The notes beneath the pieces were generated by a model. That model worked only from the letters and a program-made list of their open reading frames with translations, was not told where the DNA came from and ran no database searches. A stretch of DNA of 64,000 nucleotides, taken from Klebsormidium nitens. Its lineage: Eukaryota; Plantae; Klebsormidiophyceae. Below are positions 26,601 through 39,489 of the stretch, one piece after another. A program made the position numbers and the translations under genes. How positions within the stretch are numbered: position 1 is the stretch's first letter; every line of letters begins with the position of its first letter. The stretch spans positions 62,001 through 126,000 of the forward strand of contig DF237019.1 of NCBI GenBank assembly GCA_000708835.1, read 5' to 3'.

Positions 26601-29600
26601 GAATTTCAGGCAGAACCTGTCTTATGGTGTCCGAACACTTCCCTCCAACGAAATATTTGGTGCTATTCGGCAAACAGACAACGGTCCGGACCTGAAGTCG
26701 TCCTCAGCAGCAAGCCGCTCTTCCGTCCGCAGGTCCTCGTGGCGCGCTCCGGCCCTCAGCCCGGATTCCGCCAGAGCCTCCACTGCATTCAAAGACATTA
26801 TATTTCAAACTCAACCAAAGTATATGGTTTCCGCATTGGAAAGTCCTCTTCCTCCCCCCCCATTGACTGACTTCGACATTGGTCAGAATTTTTAATCAAA
26901 GTAAGACAGTGAAGGCGCTGAGCGGAATGGGTCTACAGCTTTTACCGCCTTGTCCATTTTCGCGACGCTGAGCTGACACAAAAGCATGGCAAATCTTCAG
27001 TTCTCCGAGGGTCGTGCTTGGCAGTCCGCGATGACGGTGCCTCTACTCTGCAAGACTTCTAAACCCCCAATCCTTCGCAGGCTTCTGAGTATCGGACCTA
27101 TTGACAAAAGTGAAACAATCTTGACGGACCAATCCGCGCCCACAAAAAACCGTCTCCCAATATGACTTGCAAAGCAAGTCGAAGAAAGACGAAACATTAT
27201 AACTCACCAGTTGCATTCACAGAGGCCGGAGTCGCGGCCAGGACGAGAATGCGGCTCTTCGCCCGGGCTTCCTGCTCTGCCTCCCTCACGTCGAGCACGG
27301 TCTTGACAACCTGCGTCAAACAAAAAAGAGGCGTCACGAAACGGGATCTCGGAGTGAACCGCTCCTAAAACCCGCTCTTTATTAAGTCGCGACCTTTCAT
27401 CGAAGCTGGAACTAGAAAGGGAGGGACGAGAGACGGCGATAGCGCCGAGCGGCGCTCCAGCAGAAGCATAGCAGTGCCTGAAAACTGGAAACTCGGGCAG
27501 GAAATGAAAACGAGGTCCGGGCTTAGCGCGCGCGCGCAAACGTGTTTAAGGTTCGGGCTTAACGCGCATGCGCAAACGTGTTTTAAGGTTCGGGCTTAAC
27601 GCGCATGCACAAACGTTTTAAGAGATTCGCTGTAGGCCAATGTCATATGAGCAAAGGCTTTCGGGATACGGGAAGCACCGCCTTGCAAGGATTGTCGTGT
27701 TCCACCCAAGAAATACGGTCCCTTCATAAGGGTTGCTTTGATAAGATTCATGGCAACTAGCATTGCTTCACTTACAAGCTCGACGTGCAACTCGCTAGAA
27801 ACAGAACCAACGCTTCGGATTCGAGTACAGCCTTGGTAGTCTTTCGCACTAGACACCTTCTACAAGCAGGAAAAAGGAGCACAGTAACTCACTCGCTGAG
27901 CTTTTTTGTCCTCGGAGCAGTACACGAACCGCTGCTCGATGCCGGCGCTGCGCAAGAGACGACAAAAGCAGTATGCGTCAAAGGAGTAGCCCGTCTCAGG
28001 GTTGCAGCTCACCGCTGTGAAATCGATAATTACTTTACCCTTCGTAAAAACAGTCACAATCAGAGCTATATGGCAGGTAGATTCCAATTCTCGTTTAATT
28101 TCATTTAAGGGCTCGAAGTCTCTGGGGGCCGACGTACTTGCTTGTGATGCAACTCTCAGGATAAACAAGCAGAGTTCAATCTGCAGGGTGCCTCATCTTC
28201 ACTCCCGACTTCAATCCAGACGCGAAACAACCCCAAGCCTTCCGCGACAAGGCACATCAGAGGGTACAAAGCCAATTTGAGCAGATGCTCAGCAAATACG
28301 GTGCTTACGATGTCGCTCAATCAAAGCGACGCTGAGAGCAAAAGGCGCACCGTTACACGTTCTGCTGGCGAATTTGAGAAATGTTCACTGTGAACTACGA
28401 CTGAGCTCGCTCGACTGCAACCCTTTCAACGCTTCAGCACAGCGCCTCAAGATTTCTTCCAGACTCAGAGAGATGGCCCTGAGGAACGTCGCTTACCACA
28501 GCGCAACAGGCGTGTTGCTGGCGGCGACTCGTTGGATTGGATCCTTGAGCCACTTGCGTTGCGACTCGTGCACGGCCACGTTGTAGCTCCCGGTGAAGAA
28601 GAGCGTTTGGGCGTCGGCCCGGAGGCTTTCTGTTAGAAGGCCGGCTTGTCTCAAGTCCCGCTCGCTCATCTGATCGGCAGAGTCTAGTACCTGAGAAGGA
28701 GAGGGACTAGGATTCGGAACTGACGAGCGAAAGCAATCAGGTTAGATTGAAAGAGACACTGTTGCGGAGAGTGAGAGAGCAAGTCATGAGGAGTGGGAAG
28801 AGACACTGATGATGAGTGAAAGAAACCCTGTTGGAACAAGTATGAAGGGCCTGATCGAGGGATGACAACCCGTGAGCACGGAAGCGGTTTTCAGCTCTGC
28901 CGTCAAGCTTCCTCTGAGCCCGGTCGCCCGGTCGATTTTGACAGAGTAATGCAATCTTCGTTGAGAAGCATGGACTGCGGTTTTTTTAAATCAGCGGCTC
29001 AAAGAAATCAAGCCGAGCGGCTCTGAATCAGATGCAGATTGTCTGCAGAGCCAGTAAAATGCTCCGAACTTGGTGCGGTTGATGCTTCCAGGTTAGTCGC
29101 CCCTTAGTGAGCGCAGGTAGTAACAGATAGTAACACCTTTTCACACAAAAAACTGTGTGCTGCTAGACTCGCTTTCAGAGACACGCCCGGCCCTAAAACG
29201 GGACTGACCCTTTCTTTAAAAGCCTTTTATTCTGTCGCCCGACAAAACAGCAACGTTCCTCTCACAATTAACTCACCAATTCACAAAGGATCCGGTTTTG
29301 AACCAGCGCAGCTCATTCATTCCCTCGTCACAGTGAAGTAAAGAACAGAAGCGATGTCGCAAGGAACAGAACTTGCACAGCACGACCACAGCGAAACAGC
29401 TCCCACCGAAAACGACAAATAGCCGCCTACATGCAGACTCACAGCAAACGTGACCCTCGATAAGAGATCCCCCTTGATGATGTTCAGCTGCGACAGCCGT
29501 CCTGGCGTGGCGGCTACCAAGTCCACCACCTGGCTCTCAAGCCCTTCCAGCTGGTCTTGCGGATTCGCCTCATCGTGCACGTTCACTGCTTTTAGGGGGA

Positions 29601-31756
29601 TCCCTCCCTCCCGGATCTTCCGACAGGCCTTTAGTACCTGCACAAAAAACAGCAATGGGGCACTGTTAGGTGCTTCGCTAAGTTCCAGGCCATGTTTTCA
29701 CAATATTTGCTTCAATAGCATGTGTTTCTCAAACTCCGTGCACAAATTCAGCGGCTGCAAAGGCGAAGCCACTTCAATGATTCGCTTGGTGAATGTAAGC
29801 CTCTCTTCTCGGTTCGGTTCGTGTCATGGATCCGGGGGAAATTTTCACGTGCCTTCAGCACCAAACGGGAATAGTCACAGGTGTCTCACGTGAGATATAT
29901 CTATGTCGACTGCTCGATGGCAACGGGCAAGCCCTACTCAGTATTCTTGGAGCGCTGCGTTACACAAACCACTTTGCTTCTTCCTTTGGGAGACTTGTCT
30001 CAGTACCATGTTGACTTCTTCGATTATTGGGGTCTCATGGGTCATACCACAAAAGAGCAACGGTCCTCAACCAATAAAAGCCTGTCTCCTAGCACACCAT
30101 AAGGACCCCTTAACCCCTCAGCGACCTTTAAAACAGTGCTGACAGCCAGTGACTAAGTTTCAAGATCGCCCGCCGACACTGCCTTGCCACCTCACCTGCG
30201 AACCCCTTGCTCTACTTGGCACCAGGATCAGTATTGCTGGACCCTGCCCCACTTTCCCCGTTTCCTGCGCCTTCAAGTGTTGCACCGCAGGCAGCACGTA
30301 CCCCGCAACCGTTTCCTCAACCTCTTCTCCCGCACCCCTGGAGTGACCCCAGACCCCTTGTCCGCGCAGCGCAGCTTGCCATATGTCCGCTTGAAATGCA
30401 GACGGCTCGGTCACTCCTAAGCTCTCCGCCGCAGAGCGGAAAACTTCTGGTAGGCGCGTGTCTGAAGAAGACGTGATGGGGCCCTTGCCGGCGTCCCCCT
30501 TTGGCCAGAACACCTTTCTGAGCTTTGCAGGTTTGGAATCGAGCTTCTTCTTGGTGACGTCGGGGTCTTCCGGCGCGCTTTTGGCGCATTTTGCTTTTGG
30601 CGCCTCCGGATTGACTTTCTTGCCGTGCGTCATGCGGAAGGCGCGCTCCTTCTCATCGAGAAACGGGTTCTCCACCGTTGGCAGGGAGTAGCACATGCCC
30701 TGTGGTACAGATACAGAGACGTCAAGCGAGTCCATCCAGAGACTTCCCATTCTTAAGGAGCCCAAGGCAGGACATCCCTATCGCTTACAAGTGTTGAGTG
30801 CCGTCAACGGCTTGAATTACTGGAAAGTGGACACAGGGATTGCTATTTCAGTGGTGCAGGCGTCGCAACACGACAGGACTATCATAAAGTCATTACAAAT
30901 TTTTGCCGCTTGCAGTAAATAAGGATGAGTAGTCCAGGCAACAACATGAGTTGGAAATAAAATATGAATCATAAGCAAGCAATCCAACTTTCTTAACCAT
31001 AAATTTGAGATGAAATGGTCCATGTTTCTTTTGCAATCTGTTACTCGATTGAGCCGCAAAATGTCCATCACCAGGTCGAAAGAATTATCTTCTGACAAAC
31101 CTGATGGTCAGAAGCCCGTTATCAATCCTATATGATCATGTAAGATTGAAAGATACATAGACAGAGACTGCACCACCACAGCATCACCCCAGATTGTTGC
31201 GACGCACCACACATGAGAACATTGGACCCACTTTAAATTGACAAAAAGAATCAACGAGGCCACCGCAGAAAATGAACGTCAGAAAGGTGGCACAAACGTT
31301 CATTAAATAGATGTTTCTTTTGAAACCGCCTTGTAGGCAATGGTGGCTCTTAAACATTGGCAACGAAATGGATCTAAATTAGTGAAGTCCTTAAAAAACA
31401 AGTCAAGGGTGGTTGCAGAAGGCGCCACTCTCTCTCCAGAGGACACCTCTGATACTCCTTTGCAAGCCAGTGAACCTTGAGCAGCAACATGCAAGAGCTT
31501 GCACCAGTATGTGATCTCTGCATTGCCGAAAGCGACGTAAAGCTGAAATGCAATGCGTTCAATGAGAGTTGATGGGCCCTTTTATCCTCAAGATCCTCAA
31601 AGTATTCGTGCTTACTTCTGTGATTCGTCTCTTCCCCTTCCTGCGGCGCTTCTTGGCTGCCGCCAGCTCAGACACACCACCATCTGAGTCTGCCCGGTTC
31701 CGCTTCCTCTCGGCGCGCTTATGCTTCCGTTTCACATACTCCTCTCCCCGGCCCAT
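20643..31756 (-). CDS. DEAD-box-like (pseudo)helicase, recalled as similar to the Arabidopsis AT2G28600 type, with an acidic C-terminal tail
   Basis: Minus-strand exons, approx: 31756-31616 (MGRGEE..AAAKKRRRKGKRRITE), 30699-30196 (GMCYSLPTVENPF..Q-motif..ILVPSR), 29638-29447 (ATPGRL), ~28690-28495 (VLDSADQM), ~27946-27890, ~27311-27209, ~26783-26687, ~25978-25797, 21240-20643. The last junction is phase-compatible (HSLLTK|EHAHLAVGLSELLQACAQ). Confidence 0.8.
27515..27622. repeat. ~36-bp intronic tandem repeat, 3 copies
   Basis: ggttcgggcttaacgcgcatgcgcaaacgtgtttaa repeated three times. Confidence 0.85.
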
Positions 31757-32572
31757 TTCTGCTGCTAGGGAAAGCAATGCGATGGAATCAAATTCGGATC
31801 AGATAAAAAGTTGACGCCAGAGGAACGTCGTCTCTGGCAGATGGCGCCTGGGATTGGATTCCAAGTGCGGCCAGCACCAATGGCAAAGTTGAACTTCAGT
31901 GTCTTCAGACTCAGCTGGAAAGTCTGAGAAATTGTAGATTGTAAAATCGTCCCCTCTGAGCCTGAGGCCCAGGGTTACATAACCCTGTGATGAAGGTTAA
32001 CCCTGTGATGAAGGTTACATGCATACATATACCGTAGCCAGACGGTCAATTGGCACACACACACGAGCCCGGTATAAATGGGTCGGCAAAGCCAACAGTC
32101 CGAAAATATACAAGTCGAGCCTCGATCTCGGTCTCTAGGATCCTCCTACCCTAGACAGAGTGTGCAGCATAGGTAATATTGGCTTTCCCGGTCCGTGCAT
32201 TTTCGCGCGTCCGGCCATAGGCGCAGGGACGCGTCACGCCGCGAGCATATCAATCGCACCAGAAAGCAAAAGTCTGGGTTACGTTGACAGAACCGGCAGC
32301 TGACTTGCTTCTACCCAGTCCTGGATTTTATAATATACCTATAGGTACTCAGAGGAGCAGTGCCAGAAGAGCAGCGTTGCGAACTTGCGAGGGGACGTTT
32401 AGAAAGTTGGTGGCGCATGCCTGACGCACAGCAGTCTGAGCAGAGGCGCTAGAATTGGGTGCTGTCTCACCCCCCAAGAGAAGAAGAATCAAGCCTTCCA
32501 CTAATCAGGAACGTCACATCTTTTTAAGCTTTGTATTGCTGCAACTGAACGCACCCTCGTGAGTACACAGCC
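31757..32572. promoter_or_regulatory. Putative bidirectional promoter between the DEAD-like gene and ClpP3
   Basis: Divergent ATGs lie ~815 bp apart. An 18-bp direct repeat (taaccctgtgatgaaggt x2) sits at ~31980-32016. Confidence 0.5.
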
Positions 32573-35500
32573 ATGGCGGCCGCCTTACAGGTGGCAGCGG
32601 GCGCGCGGTGCTTCTTGCCGAGCATCGGCCGCTCTGCCGCCAGCCTTCAAAACGTCCACAGCACGCTTCCTCTCTTACCTTCACACGTCAGAAATGCTCC
32701 CCGGACTTCAAAACCCTCCGGTGCTCGGCCTACTAGGATGAACGGCGTTCGGGCGGGTGGGGGTGACTATGCTGGTAACAGTATAGTGTGGCCAACCGCC
32801 GAGCTGCAGCTGCCGTATGCGAGCGAAGTGGAGCAGCAGGAGCGGCCGCCCGGCCTGGTTGATTTGGACCCACAGAACATGCTGCTCCGGCAGAGAATTG
32901 TGTTCCTGGGAGGGCCGGTCAGTGTGCGATATTTCTTGCTTGCGGGGAAGTGCAAAATGTTTTTTGTTATTTTTGTTTTGAGACCACCGGGGGCAAAACG
33001 GCACCGCGTGGGCATGCTGGCCTGGTCGCTTTGTCGTCGCAGAGTATGCTGTTGAGGCAGAGGATTGCCTTCTTGGGAGGGCAGGTCAGTGTGCGGTGTT
33101 TCTTTCATTTCTTGCGGTGTTTCTTTCTTCTTGTTTCTTGTCTTTTGCTGTGTTTCTTAGCTGCAAGGAAAGTGCAAATGCTGATCTTGTTGTGTTCAAG
33201 GCCGCTGACTACTATGAACCATGCAGAAGATGCTGCTCTGGGAGGGCAGGTTCGGCGTTTCTGATTAGTTTGAGGGGCTCGTGTTGCATGGGAGGCTGCA
33301 GATTGAAGGCTAACGGATTTGATTACGTCGATCCGCGCCGTGGGGGAATGCTGCTGAGCAGGGACTTATCCTGTGAAAGTGCAGTCAGAGAAAGTTTCCT
33401 CTGAGAGGAGCTATATCTGCTGATTTTCATCTTCTTGATTGGACCATATTCACCAGTTTGGTCTTTTCAACTCCGTAATTGACAGTATGAGGGATGCCAG
33501 ATTTTCTGAGGTCACATCATTCATTCAGGTACCTTCTGTGCTCCCGGAAATTTCAGAAGAAGGTGACAAAAAAGTCTTGGCTTAGTGTGGAGGTTTCTGT
33601 CACACCCTGTTGTGCTGTTCCCCTGATTCAAACTGCTGTTGGCGGGATGCACATCTATCCGAGCAGGGTTCAGAACTTCGGCATCACCACCTTTTGCTTT
33701 GTCATTTAGCATTGATCCACAACATAGTCGTTTGTTGTCATGAAGTGCACCACTGCGATCAGCTCCTTTTCGTCTCCCGCATGCGCAAGAGAAAGAGCGG
33801 ACTCAACGATGTCAACAGGGTGTTTCAGTCCATCGCCGTAAGTCTCTGCTTCTAAGTTCCGCACTCAGGCGACGACGCTATGGTGTGCTGACACCCTAGC
33901 GTTGCTTCCCAGGTCGATGACAACTCTGCTGATGTCCTCGTCAGCCAGCTGCTTCTTCTGAACGCCAATGATCCTACCGCTGACATCAAGATGTTCATCA
34001 ACTCCCCTGGAGGGTCGGTCACCGCCGGTAAGCTTACTCTGGTTTTTAACGGCCGGGTTTTGTTTGCTCCTTTTCCACCCGACTCTGGAAGGACGCATGC
34101 AATTGTGCAGCTGCAACTTTCCTGTCTCCCTGTCTGTATTCCTTCTCCTTGCTCTCCGCTAAAACTTGTATGTCAAAATTCTTTCTACTCTAGCATCCTG
34201 TCGTTGATATCTGTCCAGTCTTTCTTGCCAAGCTTGATTGTGTACGATGCGATGCAGTTGCGCACTTAACTTCCTCTATGTCATTGCGATGTTCTCACCT
34301 TTTGGTCTCTGCTGGCATCTCGTGATTGTCATCCTTTGGTCTCGTGTAACATTCCGTCATCTTCAACCGTCTGTCTTCCTTCATCTTGACCTGTTCAACT
34401 TCGGTGCACTTTCTTCTTATCTTCCCCCTTCCCTACCAGACGTTGGCGACTACATGGTGGTGATAGTGCACGTTCCACGTCTTCTTGACACCCTCCTCCT
34501 CCTGCCCTTTTGCCTTCCCAATTTGTTTATTTGTGCAGTCTCTATTCCATTTTATCGTTTTTTTTCCAGGCATGTGCATTTATGAAGCACCGCAGCTATG
34601 CAGCCAACGTCTCATCCTTCTTTCCGACTTTCTTTTTCTCCAGAATCCCGTGCAAATGATTGTTCCGCTATTTCCAGTATCTTTGGTGTGCTTACACGAG
34701 CTTTTGTCTGCCAGGCATGGGCATCTATGACGCGATGGAGCTGTGCAGCTACAACAGTCCACACACGTCTCAATCTCCGTTTCTGTCCCCTTTTACTTTT
34801 CGTTTCTTTCTCAAATCTTTCGTACAGTACTCTCGTATACGTCCCCACCGACATTCATTCACCCTTTTCCTCGCCTTTCTTTTATTTCCGTATGGATTAG
34901 TATGTGGCTGTCTCACTGTCAATCTTTCAGTGATATGGACCTTTCATCTCCCAGACTGGGCATCTTACGAGGCTATGCAGCTGTGCAGCTGCGACGTTCC
35001 TGCCAACATCTTTTTTCCTTTTTTCCTTGGATTTCCGTTCTCGGTACCGTTTCTTCAGGCATCTCGTACGAGTATCTCTTCAGTATCAAACGTTCTTTTC
35101 TCGCAACATGCTTACGCCCTGCTTATTACGGATCTTTCTTCTCCCAGGCATGGGCATTCACAATACGATGCAGCTGTGCAGCTGCGACATCCCCACTATT
35201 CGACATCATTCTCTTCCCCTTCCTTTCCAAATCCTTTAAAGATTCCGTGAGGCCCATTTTGTGGTTCTCTTCAGTCTCGTTATTGTACGTACCTGGAAGT
35301 TTTGTCTGCCAGTCATTAGCATCTACAACGCGATGCAGCTGTGCAGCTGCGACATCTCCACTGATCCATCGTTGTTCTCGTCATTTTTCTTTATGATTCT
35401 CTGAAGATCTCATACGGCTATCTTTGTGGCCCTCATGACCCAATGTTACTATTGAAGCCCATTTAAAACTTTCCTCTCCCAGGCATGGGCACCTGCGACG

Positions 35501-37376
35501 CGATGCAGCTGTGCAGCTGCGACGTCTCCACCGATCTGCCATCCTCTTTTGCCGTTTCCCTTCCAATACCTCAGAGATCCCGTACCATTCAGTGGCTGTC
35601 TCCAGTGTCAATTCACGAATGACATAAGCTTTCATCTCCCAGGCATGGGCATCTACGACGCGATGCAGCTGTGCAGCTGCGACATCTCCACCATCTGCTT
35701 CGGCCTCGCCGCCTCCATGGGCGCATTCCTCCTCAGCTCCGGCACCAAGGGCAAGCGCTACGCCATGCCCAACGCGCGCATCATGATCCATCAGCCCCTC
35801 GGGGGGGGGCGCGGATCGGCGATCGACTTTGCCATCCAGGCGCAGGAGATCATCTACCACCGGGACAACTTGAACCGGGTGTTGTCGCTCAACACGGGGA
35901 AGCCGGCGTCCCAGGTTCGTGTTGTCTTCTCGACTTGAACGGTGTTTTCGCTCATTTTACATTTTTGAAAGGTCCCGAACATTTTCGGCCGAGTTGTCGC
36001 TCAACATGAGGAAACCGGCGTTCCAGGTTCGTCTGTCTACTCGACTTGTACGGTATTTGTGCTCATTTAGCACCTAGGAACTTTTAGTCGTGTGTCGTTG
36101 TGCAACACAGGGATAATCAAGGAAATGCTAGATCGGTCAAAGGTGGTGGCAACCTGGCGTGATGACCTCGTAAGGTCTGGGCGTGCCGGCAAACGTCCCA
36201 GTTCGTATGTCTTGCCCGACTTGTACAGTTCTTGGTTGAGATTCACTCCCCCAAGCACTGGGGACTTTCGGCCGGGTGCTGTCGCTCGATTTAGGGAAGT
36301 CGGCGTCCTAGGTTCGTGTGTCTACTCGAGTATTTATTGGTTATTTCTACGATTATCTGGCTGCATCAGATCTTAAGCACCGGGGACTTTCAGCCGAGTA
36401 TTGTCGCTCAGCACGTGGAAGCTGGCATCCAAGGTTCGTGTGGCTTTTCGACTCCTAAAGTCATTAGTTGTAGTCCAATCCCTTGGGCATATCGGATTTT
36501 CAATGCGGTGTTGTCGCTGTTCAAAAACAGCCGGCGCCTAAGTTTTGCGTGTCTCCTTGAACCAATTTCTCAAGCACCGGAAATTATCAGCCGGGTATTG
36601 GCATTCGACACAGGGAAACTGGCGTCTCAGATGCCTGTCTTTCACTCGACCTCTATAGGTCTCAGCTGGTACCAAATTCCCCACAAATGCTGACTCGTTT
36701 TTTCTGGTCGAGACCGGGAGCTTGGTCTCCCAAGTTGTTACCGAATCTAGGTTCATGTCTTGCTCTTCTCAATGTAAGGTCATGCTTCGAAGGTCCTGGG
36801 TCTGGTTGTAAGGAAAGAGTTGTACTGCTGGTTTTCCCCTCCTATCTAAGTATTAGTAGAGGGCACGTCTAGAAGAAGCTGTCGCCTTACCATGCCTCTC
36901 AATTAAAGGGTAAAACAGCGTTTGCGGTTTGATTGTCGTCCTCTGGCGAGCCGCCACTCCATGTATGTGTGTTCGTTCATTGTGCTTCTGTCCCCTCTGA
37001 TGTTTGCTTTCGGAAGTTGGTTTGACAGGCAAGTAGCAGTTGACCCGAGAAGGATTCAAGTCCATCCAGAACTAACTGAAGCACCTTTTCCGCTTCCCAG
37101 ATTGAGATCGACTGCGACCGAGACAACTTTATGGATCCTCAAGAGGCCAAGGAGTATGGACTCATTGACGACGTTATTGATGTGCCGGGCATCGTTGCGC
37201 CCGAGTGGGTGTTGGCCGAGCCACCGAAGACGAGAATCAACGAGTACTGGACTGTGCGAAAGCGGAAGGACATACAAGTTGCTCCGAAAAAGGATAGGAA
37301 GAGGATCACACGGCAGGTATGAGTTGGATTGTGATCTGTCGTGTGACTGCAGGCCAACCAAGGGCCGGCGCAGTGA
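32573..37376 (+). CDS. CLPP3: Plastid ATP-dependent Clp protease proteolytic subunit, ClpP3-like
   Basis: Exons 32573-32917, 33913-34027, 35643-35914, 37101-37316, 37353-37376. Transit-peptide-like N-terminus, then [39 protein letters not shown] (catalytic Ser), IMIHQP (His), [15 protein letters not shown], and the C-terminal PPKT extension typical of ClpP3. Confidence 0.9.
33035..33260 (+). repeat. Donor-side echoes of ClpP exon 1
   Basis: Copies of atgctg..ctgggagggcag|gt with donors at 33085 and 33250. Confidence 0.8.
34090..35700 (+). repeat. Acceptor-side echo array of ClpP exon 3 (~8 copies)
   Basis: ccag|gcatgggcatctacgacgcgatgcagctgtgcagctgcgac copies with AG at 34569, 34714, 34954, 35147, 35312, 35482, plus weaker copies at ~34100 and ~34230. 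The real AG is at 35642. Confidence 0.92.
35870..36750 (+). repeat. Donor-side echo array of ClpP exon 3 (~6-7 copies)
   Basis: ccgggtgttgtcgctcaacacggggaagccggcgtcccag|gttcgtg copies end near 36026, 36201, 36311, 36433, 36542, 36630 and ~36733. Confidence 0.85.
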
Positions 37377-39489
37377 ACAATCTCATAAACTATATCGGTC
37401 AAACAATGTATCTCATGGAATGCGCGACATGCTTCGATTTGGCATCTTTATTGAATTAGGGGACCAGGTTTTTCAACTATGTGTCGCAACTGGTCTTGAT
37501 CATCGAGGCCTTCGTGTCAAAGAGTATGCTTAAATGGCGTGTTCAGACAATCAAAACCTTGGGTAAGAGTAATTGTTCAAGCCCGACCAATCTGCAACTG
37601 TGAAACTGTCGCTGCCAAGAAGTGAAGACTGTCAAGAGTCGTGAAATTCCCAACATGAACAACATCCAGCTAGCCAGTCCGACACACAAATCCTGCACTG
37701 ACTGGATCTACAGTGTGCCCGGTGCCGCCCCCGCGGCGCATGCAACTCAGTGTACACTGTACAGTATTAAAGCAAGTGCTTAGAAGTGCATTAGGCATGT
37801 CCGCATACCCGGTATGATGCCGTTACCGGTACTTTCGTTGATGTACCTACCTATAGGCTATCGCACTCACAGCTCGAATCCATGAGTCCCGTACAATTGT
37901 GTTACGGTAATTCTACACTGTACAGTATACGCGGTACACCATATTGCACTCGTCGACGAGCTTTGTGCAAAGATTCCAAACATTTCCTGACGCTTGGTTG
38001 AAGCCAAGTCACCGTGAAACGCTCATTTTGACCGTCCGATTCGACAGGATTGATGACTGTACAGCCTTCACCGTACGGAAGGTGTCATAACCTGGTGTCG
38101 ACAGATTCCATTGAGGCCAACAGGATTTTCTGGAAATTTGAAATTTGATGCCATCACTCGTGAGAACCTACCTCAACAGAAGAGGCGGCAAAATTCTCCC
38201 CGAGCAGCATGTATTACGGAATCAGACTGATGCTAATTTTAAACGCCTGCTCGATTAACGTGTAAATCTGACACTACTGTAGATAGGTTCCCCGGGAGCA
38301 TACGCTCCTCGCATATGCTGAGCAATGAAGCAATTTATGTTACGTGCGGGGCGTGGGGGACAAAATTCAAGCTTTCCTATTGGTCACTTTATTTTGCAAG
38401 AGTTGGGTGCGCTGATGGGTGCGCTGAGTCTGTTGACATCAGGAACTCAGCATCAAATTCAGGTACCTACCACATCGAAGCAGAAGCAAGGTGGCGATCA
38501 GGAGAGGTCGCATTGGCATGCACAACAAAATGGATTGCGACATTGCCGCAGAAACCGCGACAGGGATGCAGGGAGCGCGCACAAGGAATGGGGCGCTATT
38601 CCTTGTTGCTTTGCTGGTTGAACCCGTCTCTTCAACCTTGAGGGGGTCCCCTGACAAGCGTGGGAGGACAAGTGGGGGGCTTGGTGCTTCCTGGCGTTTT
38701 GGCTCTCCCCGGAGGACACTACAAGTAGGTTCTCATTTTGTCAGCAATTTCTCCCTTCTGAGATCCGATTCGAGAGAATAGAGTCCTACGGTGCTGCAGA
38801 GTTTGTTCTCTAGGTTGGATGCAAAGGCCAGGGCAGGGGATTCCAAAATGTGCAGATCTCTCCTTGCATGAAGAGCAAGATCAAACAGCTGCAAGGTGTT
38901 GTCTAGTATTATGCAACAGTCCAGCTCAATGCGTCGCAACACTGATTGGTGCTTGTAATTACGCAATTCAGCAGGTCCTTTGGTGCATGAATGCAGGGGA
39001 TCTAAATAGCTTTGGACAGCAGATAAACCATGCAGAATGTTGAGCTGAGAGGTCATTTCCCACGAGCTTCTGGTTCATCTGGCCTAGGTATATGACAAGT
39101 TGACAATCAGGAACGGCGCTTGATGTCAGTACCTTCGTTTTTCTGCAGATACTGTGCCACAGACTGCCTTGCAGTTGGCATGAGCTGTACAGATAGCATA
39201 GAGGCCACTCCCCTTCTGGTTCCTGACATTAGCCACCCGTGAAGAGAAAGAGTCAGCAGAGGCGCTTCAGTGCAGATAGAATCAACAAGTTGTCTATCGA
39301 CCTTTAACCACCGCTTAGCACTCTAAAAGGCTCTGCTAGCAACTGCATTAGGGTTCCACCGTCGGAGGGCCGTCACAGCAAACCTGCTAGAGTGTAAGAG
39401 TCTTTTGCCAGCTCCAGTTGCTCTACACGAATCACCGCCGAATCCTAGAGCAATCAGGGTGGATCTCTTCCTTGCGTGATTCCTTGCTA

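Noticed and set aside
34090-35700. CRISPR-like repeat-spacer pattern
   Set aside because: The repeats are copies of the ClpP exon head and the spacers are homologous intron sequence. The context is eukaryotic and no cas genes are present.
37745-37935. tacactgtacagtat direct repeat/palindrome, possible MITE
   Set aside because: No terminal inverted repeats or target-site duplication could be identified.
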